Assembly: GCA_021129655.1 (NCBI GenBank)
Contig: JAJOLC010000043.1
Location: 1 to 38,177 of the forward strand
Source of the DNA: Minisyncoccota bacterium
GTDB taxonomy: Bacteria; Patescibacteriota; Minisyncoccia; Phycocordibacterales; UBA918
DNA length: 38,177 nucleotides
Direction: 5' to 3'
Below the pieces are notes generated by a model. The model worked only from the letters and a program-made list of their open reading frames with translations. It had not been told where the DNA came from and searched no databases. Below are positions 1-7,481 of the stretch, one piece after another (position 1 is the first letter of the stretch; each line of letters starts with the position of its first letter). The position numbers were made by a program, and so were the translations under genes.

Positions 1-21
1 TTAAATCCGAGTGCGCGCACA

Positions 22-148
22 AGAAAAGGAAATTTTATTTTATATACGAGGCGCTTGGGGGAAATTTTATGAGACGTATTCTACATACGTTGAGTAAAAT
101 TTCCCTAGGCAACAAAGTAGATAAGATGAAATTACGCTTTCTTTTCTG
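22..148 (+). repeat. Long imperfect hairpin element, copy 1 of 2 (RPE/MITE-like)
   Basis: Nested stems aattttattttatatac/gtagataagatgaaatt and gcttgggggaaatttta/taaaatttccctaggc. Core GAGACGTAT-tctac-ATACGTTGAG and flanking CGAGG/AACAAAG motifs are shared with 17081-17209. Confidence 0.7.
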
Positions 149-617
149 CGATAGCGTTTAGTCCTAGAACTAGACCCTGGATTGGTGAGTTAATAACATT
201 CAAGAACATGCCTCGCAATACTGGTAGAGCTGGGATTGATGCAATCTCAGTCATTTCTGCCGCATCTTTGTAGACACCTTGGAAAACTCCTCCGGCGATA
301 GCGATGTTCTCTTTGTATTGCCCAACAAATTCTTTAATTTGTTGTGCGGGAGCAATTGCATCAGCACTGTATGCTAAAGCTATTTCTCCTTCTAGGACAG
401 GCATTTCACCTTCGTAAGCTCCGTCAAACGCTCGCTTCATGAGTGTCTTCTTAGCTACAAAGTAACCTACCCCTTCTTCTCGTAACTTAGCTCGCATCGC
501 AGTGTCGTCGCCAACTTTCATACCGTTGAACTTCACGAACACGATTGATTCAGAGTCATCCTTAACCCCATCAAGCTTAGTTAGAATTGTTGTCTTCTTT
601 TCTTTTGTAATTGCCAT
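132..617 (-). CDS. rplJ: 50S ribosomal protein L10
   Basis: 161 aa; MAITKEKK start, VAKKTLMKRAF, A(S)IPALPVLRGM motifs typical of uL10. Confidence 0.95.
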   Translation of the reverse strand: MAITKEKKTTILTKLDGVKDDSESIVFVKFNGMKVGDDTAMRAKLREEGVGYFVAKKTLMKRAFDGAYEGEMPVLEGEIALAYSADAIAPAQQIKEFVGQYKENIAIAGGVFQGVYKDAAEMTEIASIPALPVLRGMFLNVINSPIQGLVLGLNAIAEKKA

Positions 618-644
618 TTAAAAATATGGATTACTTAATTAAAA

Positions 645-766
645 ACAGGCCCGACATAAAATTATGAGGGGCTCGACCACGTATCCAAAAAATAGGAGTA
701 CGACCTCGGCCGGCGAAACTTGCGTTTCATTACCGCACTAGGTGCGACCAACTGTCATGAGCCTGT
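645..766 (-). promoter_or_regulatory. L10 leader (L10-L12 autoregulatory RNA)
   Basis: Minus strand reads GACAGUUGGU-hairpin-UAAU-hairpin-CCGGCCGAGGU, closed by acaggc/gcctgt, directly 5' of rplJ. Extended -10 TGCTATAGT at 783-775. Confidence 0.8.
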
Positions 767-780
767 TACGAAACACTATA

Positions 781-822
781 GCAGAAGGCCTGCAAAAGTA
801 AACACTTTTGCAGGCCTTCTGC
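781..822 (-). terminator. Intrinsic terminator-like 19-bp perfect inverted repeat
   Basis: gcagaaggcctgcaaaagt-aaac-acttttgcaggccttctgc immediately after the oxidoreductase stop. Confidence 0.65.
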
Positions 823-831
823 GCAAAAAAT

Positions 832-2481
832 TTAGTCCTTCACATTCTTTTTGATTGAGGAAAACAACAAATCCATATCGCCATTCACTTTCTTATGTGG
901 ATTAAATATACCCTGTGGATCTAATATATTTTTGGCTTGTTGAAATATCATCAACATCTCATCAGAAAACATTCGATTAAGGTAAGGAGTTCTAATCAGT
1001 CCGTCGTTATGCTCTCCGGTAATAGAACCGTCGTACTCTCCGACTAATGTATAAACTCTTTCTGATAAGTCCTTGATAATGTCAGTGAAATCAGGTCGAG
1101 AAAAATCCATCAGTGGAATAATATGAAAATTCCCGTCTCCAATATGACCAGCAATAGTAAATAGCAGCTTATAGTCAGCCATTATTTCATATAGCTTAGG
1201 CAAGAATTCTGGCAGCAATTCTGGTCGCACTGATATGTCGTCAATAAACGGAGCTGTGTGTTTGCCGTGCACATTTTCTCGCAATAACTTAAAGCTCTCA
1301 CGCCGGATAGTCCAGAATTTCTGCGCCTCATTTTTAGTCCTAGTTACATGAGTAGACACTGCGTAATTCTCCAAAACCTCAGCCTCAGCCTTCTTGGCAG
1401 CAGCAATCACCCCTTCCTCTGTGTCGCCAGCAAACTCGGCCATCAGGACCATTTTTGGGATTCCACCGGTCAGTATCATTTTAGTTTCGGGCAGGAAGCC
1501 CCATAATACCTTAAAAGGATTGCCGCCCAATTTACCTATTAGTTTAGGGAAGATACGCAACATCACACTGAAAGTTTTGTCATCATATGACTCAAAGCTT
1601 TCAGGCTTTTCTTTCAATACAATATTCACCAGGTCCCCCAATACTTTCATGTGTCGCTTACGCAAGAACATTACCAACATTCGGGAATGTGGCTTTGGCT
1701 TTATTAGGTCAAAGGTGATTTCAGTTATCAAGCCCAGTGTTCCTTGAGAACCAACAAAAAGCTGTATCAAATCAAAAGAGTCTTCTTCCCTATCCCACAC
1801 ATTCCATACAGCGTAGCCGGCGGAGTTTTTTGACACGGTTGGAGCCTCACTTTCAATCAAGTCTATATTATCTTTGATCAAAGATTCCATTTCTCGGTAA
1901 AACTGACCTTCAAAATTATCCTGTGCTTTCTTAGCCTGTAGCTCGTTGAAAGAAAGTTTCTTAAACTCGTATTCATTACCGTCACTCAAAACCACCTTAA
2001 GCGCTCGGACCCAACGTTCAGTCTTACCGTAGATGAGCGACTTCTCCCCCGCTGAGTTGTTGGCCACCATTCCTCCCACTGTGTTTAGTTCTCTTGAGGC
2101 TGTATAGCTAGGCAAAATTACTCCGAATTTCAAAGTTTCTTTATCGAAGTCACGATAAAACACTCCAGGTTCAGCAGTGGCTTGGGTAGCGGACACATCT
2201 TTAATTTTAGTAAAATGCTTCAAGAAATTAACCGCTACAGAATTAGTCAGTGGACCACCGGACATATCAGTTCCGGCCGAACGAGCGGTCAGAGAAACCA
2301 TTCCGCCAGAATCAGCAGCGTAGTTAACTAGCTTTTTAACGTCTTCGGTATGCTTCGGGTACACCACACAAGTGGGTTCAATATGGAAAATACTAGTGTC
2401 TTCACTATGTTCTTGAATAACGTCAGTTTTGACACTAACCTCTCCCTCCAATATATCTGTTAGTGATTTTTCTAAACTCAT
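832..2481 (-). CDS. FAD-linked oxidase (GlcD/D-lactate dehydrogenase-like, FAD_binding_4 + FAD-oxidase_C)
   Basis: ARSAGTDMSGG, VGGMVANN, GSQGTLGLITE, GHIGDGNFH, SITGEHNDG, LDPQGIFNPHK. Start placed at ATG 2481 (MSLEKSL) to avoid overlap with the upstream gene. Confidence 0.85.
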   Translation of the reverse strand: MSLEKSLTDILEGEVSVKTDVIQEHSEDTSIFHIEPTCVVYPKHTEDVKKLVNYAADSGGMVSLTARSAGTDMSGGPLTNSVAVNFLKHFTKIKDVSATQATAEPGVFYRDFDKETLKFGVILPSYTASRELNTVGGMVANNSAGEKSLIYGKTERWVRALKVVLSDGNEYEFKKLSFNELQAKKAQDNFEGQFYREMESLIKDNIDLIESEAPTVSKNSAGYAVWNVWDREEDSFDLIQLFVGSQGTLGLITEITFDLIKPKPHSRMLVMFLRKRHMKVLGDLVNIVLKEKPESFESYDDKTFSVMLRIFPKLIGKLGGNPFKVLWGFLPETKMILTGGIPKMVLMAEFAGDTEEGVIAAAKKAEAEVLENYAVSTHVTRTKNEAQKFWTIRRESFKLLRENVHGKHTAPFIDDISVRPELLPEFLPKLYEIMADYKLLFTIAGHIGDGNFHIIPLMDFSRPDFTDIIKDLSERVYTLVGEYDGSITGEHNDGLIRTPYLNRMFSDEMLMIFQQAKNILDPQGIFNPHKKVNGDMDLLFSSIKKNVKD

Positions 2482-2491
2482 AGACAAATCA

Positions 2492-2947
2492 TTACTCAGA
2501 TTTGTTACCAATAAAATTAGTCAGTAACTGCAAGAAAGTGGCCACTCCGGACAGAGCTAGCAGCACGACCGGAAAAACAGCATATGGAGTAATAAGATAA
2601 ACAAATATTACAAATGAGGCCGCCAGTACTCCTGTACACCAAGGACAAGACAAGAAGTCAGCAATGGTTCGACGCGGACCATGTTTTGGTTTTTCTAACC
2701 GGTGTCCCTTCCCTGCTTTCTTAGCATCCCAAAACTGTTCCCGGAAGAATTTAGTGACTGAGTCATACACAAATAGTTGTGTCATGCGCCAGGCCGCCAG
2801 AGTGATTAAGACATAGTCAACTAGAGCTAAATCTTGCAGCGGTATTCGAGACTCAGTCTCAAGAATAATCGCCCCCATGATTATGAGCACTAAGAAAAAT
2901 ACTGAAAAAACAAAATTCCAAAAATACTGATCTGTGATGCGTATCAT
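2492..2947 (-). CDS. DUF1360-like membrane protein
   Basis: Several TM segments; LAAWRMTQLFVYD and LSCPWCTGV motifs. Confidence 0.7.
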   Translation of the reverse strand: MIRITDQYFWNFVFSVFFLVLIIMGAIILETESRIPLQDLALVDYVLITLAAWRMTQLFVYDSVTKFFREQFWDAKKAGKGHRLEKPKHGPRRTIADFLSCPWCTGVLAASFVIFVYLITPYAVFPVVLLALSGVATFLQLLTNFIGNKSE

Positions 2948-2978
2948 AATTAATTATTATTGTAACACTCGACAGTAA

Positions 2979-3102
2979 CTAATTATCTTCGTTTAGTATT
3001 TCTTCCTTAATCTCCTTTAATATTCTGTATCCTTGCTTTGCCATATTCTTTGTATTAGTTAGGTAATAATACTTAGAATTGTTGTCTTAAGAAAAGGGCA
3101 CA
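2979..3102 (-). pseudogene. Possible IS3-family left-end remnant with truncated OrfA-like HTH (MAKQGYRILKEIKEEILNEDN*, 3044-2979)
   Basis: 21-aa ORF resembling the start of IS3 OrfA/HTH proteins; upstream TGTGCCCTTTTCTTAAGACA resembles an IS3-type terminal IR. Confidence 0.35.
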
Positions 3103-3185
3103 TTTAGGCTCCTCCACTTATTTTTTTAATGTAATTTATCATTTTAACTTCTGTTCATTCCTGGCACCCAGAGGGTCACGCTAAG

Positions 3186-3575
3186 TCACTCCACTCTATG
3201 ATAAAATCTTTGCACCAAAGAAAATATTAACGTCCCCAGTACCATAATACTACCGGTTGTGATTGCTAGGGACGTCCGTGTTGGCCAGCTATAACTAATC
3301 TCAGTAGCCCCGGATATGATTATGAGGATGGACAATGGCAGAAACCAGAACATGAACTTTCTTTTCCATAGTGAGAAGATTTTCTCACTGAAAAATAGGA
3401 GAATTAGGGTTGATACGACTACTGAAATAATAAGAAAAAAAAGTGGTTCCAATACTGAGGCTTCAAGACCATAAAATGTCCCTTTGTGTATTTTATAAGT
3501 AGCAGGTTCAGTTAAAAAAAGTAGGAGTGCTAAAAATAATGAGCCGCCGATTATTATGTATCTTCTATTTTTCAT
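3186..3575 (-). CDS. Hypothetical membrane protein (about 4 TM)
   Basis: 129 aa, hydrophobic; its start overlaps the stop of the upstream hydrolase by 11 nt. Confidence 0.7.
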   Translation of the reverse strand: MKNRRYIIIGGSLFLALLLFLTEPATYKIHKGTFYGLEASVLEPLFFLIISVVVSTLILLFFSEKIFSLWKRKFMFWFLPLSILIIISGATEISYSWPTRTSLAITTGSIMVLGTLIFSLVQRFYHRVE

Positions 3576-6099
3576 ATTGTTTTATATTTTTTATTATTTT
3601 TTTAATTAAAAAAATATTATCATCAGTGATTTTACCCTTTTTGTGGTACCTATTCAGCTTTCTTTCTACATATTTTAAGATTCTACTCTCAACTCGATAA
3701 AAAACTTTGTCGTGTTCCGCTATTTCAGAAAATTTCTGGGCCAGACGGACTCTTTTTAACAGCCTCCTCTCTACTGATTTCTTAAGGTTTAATTCTCTAA
3801 TTAAAGTTTTTAAGTCCTTATAATTATATATTTCTTTCTCTTCTAAAATAACTACTCCTTCGAGAGTTTGTTCTAGCTCGAAGTTTTGGTCTCCATCAAG
3901 GTCCGTTTTTAAGGAGGTATATACACCACCCTTAATTGAAAACACAGCCCTCATAGTTGAGGTGGTAGTTGCTCCAGACAAGACGGACACTTCTTTCTGC
4001 TCACCAAGACCATCAAGCTCATCCACAGTGAGTGTGTATACTCCATTACCTGTACCACTTAACACAATCTCTACATCTTCTTCACTAGGAATGATCACAT
4101 ACTTACTTCCACCCAGTTCAAAGTATTGCGAGTTAGTAATATCCTTCCTAACTTCTCCATCAACCACTCCAACTTGCTTACCGCTCTCTGCTGTTGCTAA
4201 CAATGATACAGGTGAGTGTACTGCGATAATCCTGTATCTACTGCTGACTTCAGTAAATTCTGGAATTACTAAAGAATCTGAGAGATACGGATATCTTATT
4301 ACTGAATCCAAAAATGCTTGCACCGCTTCACTCTCGGTAAGGTTCTTATGGGCTCGATTTTTAGATGTTATACCTAGGTTTTCCAAAAATAAATTCACTT
4401 TCATTGTGGTCTTATCACCCTCATATCCCTCTGAGGAAACAGTCACGACAGTCTGATCTCCTTTATTTGTCATAATCGGAAAGGGCTTCAAGTATGAATC
4501 TATGATGCAGAATTCATTATCCACAGAACAGTCATACTCTCTATACTCATAACCTTTAATTGTTGGTAGTCCTGTCCCTACTATTTCATAAACCTCTACT
4601 CCAGCTGGAGCCGCCCAATTATCTTGAGCCTCTTGAATCTTGGATGCATCAGAAAAAATCTGTGTATTTAAAACAATCGCTTCATTTAAGCCCACAGCTT
4701 CTTCTCGATTATTAAGACTGTTCAAAAGAAAATTTGATAGGTTTAATTGAGAATTAATTTCTCCGTAAGTTGAGACTACTTTCGCTAGTTCCGAACCATC
4801 AGTGCTTATTACTGCCTCGGATACCGATTCGAAATATCTAGAAGACGGTAATAACGTATAAGCTCCTGGCATATTTTTTGTAACATCTCTTGCTGTGTTA
4901 GCACTAGACACTAAACTTAAGCCTAAATTTTGATCTAAGCCGTGCAACATAGAACCAATTGCTTTGGGTGTACCAAGTTGAGGGGTCCCTATCATTATCA
5001 GTTTATCAATCTTATTTTTCAGTATAGTATCCCCATATTCCGCAAGAAGGGACTTGGCTACTAGACCACCGTTTGAATGAGCTATCAACGTAACTTTTCC
5101 CGTATAAGATTTATCTGCTAAGGCTAGGATTTCATCTAAGAGTCTTTTGGACTCATCTTTGTACTTAACCTCCTTAGTGGCAACATCAGTCACACTATAT
5201 CGCCAATCGTAGGCAAAGGCTTTAAATTCTTCCATGACCTCTGGTGATAAGCTGTCCATCTGATTCAGAAAAGACTTATGTATATTAGTTCCGTTTACAA
5301 TTTCACTGATTACATCACTTGTATAAACTTCATTAACACTTGCACCTTCGTTAGTCATTTCTAATTTTTGAACATCTGAATTTATGTTTGGCTCCCAGAT
5401 TTGATTTTCTGTGCCAAATGCTCCTTCAGTGTACAACCGACTCGCTTGGATCCCCGGCAGAAACAAAACACTAGAAGCACCGGCGGGGGCCGGAGTCGGC
5501 GGAGTTTTATAATCTATAGTGAACTGAATCGCCACGACTTCTGTAAAGTCTGGGTAATAAGAATAAACGGTGGTGGGTAGGAATAGATTTTTTAGCCACT
5601 GTTTCCAACCACTTTCTTCTTGGACTAGTACTGGAGCATCCTCATGAACCAAAACTAACGTATATTCTCCGTCTGCTAACGAAGCAAAAGAAGCTTCAGT
5701 CGCTAAGCTATTTGTAGGCGAAGGACCAAATCCGGTTGGCAAGACCCTTACAAAATCCCCATTCTCTTTTTTGAAGAGTTGCATTGGCTCCATGATGAAG
5801 CCTCCCGGCCTATCAATAAAGTAGGTCAATTTAGTGGTACTTGCTTCATATACAGAAACCGTGGTACTAGCCATGACAGCTTGCCCGCCTATCGAGGCTT
5901 GATAAGAAAACGGCACTGGCACATCTGCGTTAAAGGGGTTACTACAATCAGTTATATGCGTAACCACCTCCACTGATCCTTCATAATTATTGACCGTATC
6001 AATAATATTCCCACAAGCCGCTTGGGTAGAATTAGTATAAATAAAGAAAAATCCTACAACCAACAAAATGTGCAGGGGTAATTTTTTAATGAAGAACAT
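3565..6099 (-). CDS. Secreted alpha/beta hydrolase, LCAT/PGAP1-like lipase/acyltransferase
   Basis: N-terminal signal/TM; LFLPGIQASRL, YDWR, AHSNGG nucleophile elbow, IGTPQLGTPKA, GDQTV. Confidence 0.85.
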   Translation of the reverse strand: MFFIKKLPLHILLVVGFFFIYTNSTQAACGNIIDTVNNYEGSVEVVTHITDCSNPFNADVPVPFSYQASIGGQAVMASTTVSVYEASTTKLTYFIDRPGGFIMEPMQLFKKENGDFVRVLPTGFGPSPTNSLATEASFASLADGEYTLVLVHEDAPVLVQEESGWKQWLKNLFLPTTVYSYYPDFTEVVAIQFTIDYKTPPTPAPAGASSVLFLPGIQASRLYTEGAFGTENQIWEPNINSDVQKLEMTNEGASVNEVYTSDVISEIVNGTNIHKSFLNQMDSLSPEVMEEFKAFAYDWRYSVTDVATKEVKYKDESKRLLDEILALADKSYTGKVTLIAHSNGGLVAKSLLAEYGDTILKNKIDKLIMIGTPQLGTPKAIGSMLHGLDQNLGLSLVSSANTARDVTKNMPGAYTLLPSSRYFESVSEAVISTDGSELAKVVSTYGEINSQLNLSNFLLNSLNNREEAVGLNEAIVLNTQIFSDASKIQEAQDNWAAPAGVEVYEIVGTGLPTIKGYEYREYDCSVDNEFCIIDSYLKPFPIMTNKGDQTVVTVSSEGYEGDKTTMKVNLFLENLGITSKNRAHKNLTESEAVQAFLDSVIRYPYLSDSLVIPEFTEVSSRYRIIAVHSPVSLLATAESGKQVGVVDGEVRKDITNSQYFELGGSKYVIIPSEEDVEIVLSGTGNGVYTLTVDELDGLGEQKEVSVLSGATTTSTMRAVFSIKGGVYTSLKTDLDGDQNFELEQTLEGVVILEEKEIYNYKDLKTLIRELNLKKSVERRLLKRVRLAQKFSEIAEHDKVFYRVESRILKYVERKLNRYHKKGKITDDNIFLIKKIIKNIKQYEK

Positions 6100-6114
6100 A
6101 TTTTTATAAACTTT

Positions 6115-6260
6115 TTAATTTTGAATCTTTCCCCCGTCTCCAACTCCCAACACCAGTAACATCACCCCAGCAATTACTTCAAAAAGCGAAAGAAGCTTTT
6201 GCTTACAATTTTCTGCTTAATGGAGTTATTTTTCCGGTTTTCCACTGGATCATTACCCAT
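6115..6260 (-). pseudogene. Frameshifted paralog of the small membrane protein at 6365-6520
   Basis: Reads QKIVSKSFFRFL, then after a frameshift VIAGVMLLVLGVGDG, versus KKIVNKTFYQFL...VVAGVLLFILVLGVGSG in the intact copy. Confidence 0.7.
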
Positions 6261-6326
6261 AATTATAACAGTTCCTCCCCTCTCACCCGATAACTATCAA
6301 CTTTAAACCACCCCAAAGGAGAGTCG

Positions 6327-6346
6327 CCCCTGGGTAAGACCTGGGG
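6327..6346. repeat. Degenerate REP-like hairpin
   Basis: cccctgg-gtaaga-cctgggg, similar to ccccacagg-aaaga-cctgtgggg. Confidence 0.4.
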
Positions 6347-6364
6347 AGGTTACTAATTAAATTT

Positions 6365-6520
6365 TTATTGCACACCACTACCCACCCCCAAAACTAAAAT
6401 AAACAACAACACTCCAGCCACTACCGCTATAAAGCTAAACAGGAACTGGTAAAAAGTTTTATTGACTATCTTTTTCGGAGCTCCCAAAAGTAGTTTTTCT
6501 GTTTTTTGCTTAGGATTCAT
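6365..6520 (-). CDS. Small single-TM membrane protein (51 aa)
   Basis: Start moved to ATG 6520 (MNPKQK), preceded by extended -10 TGTTATACT; C-terminal TM helix; the homologous copy next door supports coding status. Confidence 0.65.
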   Translation of the reverse strand: MNPKQKTEKLLLGAPKKIVNKTFYQFLFSFIAVVAGVLLFILVLGVGSGVQ

Positions 6521-6559
6521 GATTAATATAAGTATAACAAATAAATTAATGCAGAAACA

Positions 6560-6592
6560 AGAAAGGCCGCCAGCTTTGCTGGCGGCCTTTCT
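6560..6592 (-). terminator. Intrinsic terminator after the Y1 transposase
   Basis: 15-bp perfect stem agaaaggccgccagc-ttt-gctggcggcctttct with a U-rich tail on the minus strand. Confidence 0.7.
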
Positions 6593-6604
6593 ATAAACAA
6601 AGTG

Positions 6605-6628
6605 TTCCACAGGTCTTTCCTGTGGGAA
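6605..6628 (+). repeat. REP-like hairpin CCACAGG-TCTTT-CCTGTGG (downstream flank of RAYT)
   Basis: 19-nt core is the exact reverse complement of the copies at 6754-6778 and 7365-7395. Confidence 0.85.
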
Positions 6629-6641
6629 GTTTTTGTTGCGT

Positions 6642-7316
6642 TTAATTTTCTTCCTCGTATTCTAGCCACTCAATAATGTCGGTTATCCCTCCTTTCAATT
6701 CTTCACTGTAATCAGGAAACGGGCTTGTATTAATAATAGCCGACTCACTCCTCTCCCCACAGGAAAGACCTGTGGGGATTTGGTCAATATAGCTTGAATA
6801 TTTATACTTCTCTAGATAACTTATCGCGGTTTGTAAGTCATTAATCCCCTTTTCACGCCAATCAAGCTGCAGGAGTTTGACAGGATTTAAGTGAATATAA
6901 GAAAATAAATACTTAAGGTAGGTATCACTGCTCACATGCTTAGATTTAAACTTACCTTCAAAAAGTGAACCTGTTCGCTTATACTTTTTATTAAAATACA
7001 TAGAGTATCCTGTACTCAACTTCTTCATAAAGATACTTATTCCTCCTTCAACCAAGGGCTTAAGCAAAATATGAAAATGATTTGGCATTAAGCAATATGC
7101 CCCAATAGCAACTACAGACTCTCCCATATCAACTTCATAGGGATTTTGCTTCCCTAGTTCACGTACCTTAAATGACTTTGTACCATTCGATAAATACAAA
7201 AGTTGCATGAAGCGCTCATAATCGCAGTCGTTCTTATAGATAATTTGCTTACTGTTTCCTCTATTATAAATATGATAATACTCATCTAGAACAAACGGTA
7301 CAATACGTTGGGCCAT
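6642..7316 (-). mobile_element. REP-associated tyrosine transposase (RAYT/TnpA-REP-like, Y1 HUH family)
   Basis: YYHIYNRGN, AYCLMPNHFHILL (HUH), YFNKKYKRTGSLFEGKFKS, YIHLNP (catalytic Tyr); flanked by inverted hairpin repeats. Confidence 0.9.
6754..6778 (-). repeat. REP-like hairpin inside the RAYT coding sequence
   Basis: tccccacagg-aaaga-cctgtgggga, translated in frame as (I)PTGLSCGE. Confidence 0.85.
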
Positions 7317-7364
7317 AGTTTATATTCTACATCAAGCAAACCCCTGCAGATCAAATTGAACAAG

Positions 7365-7395
7365 AAAACCCCACAGGAAAGACCTGTGGGGTTTT
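7365..7395 (-). repeat. REP-like hairpin (upstream flank of RAYT)
   Basis: aaaaccccacagg-aaaga-cctgtggggtttt. Confidence 0.85.
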
Positions 7396-7397
7396 TG

Positions 7398-7439
7398 AGC
7401 AAAGTAAAAGCCCCGCTTACGCGGGGCTTTTACTTTGCT
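7398..7439 (-). terminator. Intrinsic terminator of the S-layer-like gene
   Basis: 19-bp perfect stem agcaaagtaaaagccccgc/gcggggcttttactttgct; GUAA (GNRA) loop on the minus strand. Confidence 0.8.
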
Positions 7440-7481
7440 TCTTAGCTTAGACTTTCGTCTGCGCTATAACTTCCAATTAAA

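Noticed and set aside
3153..3172. gttcattcctggcacccag resembling a tRNA T-arm/3' end (att remnant)
   Set aside because: Too short and degenerate; no tRNA or integrase in the window.
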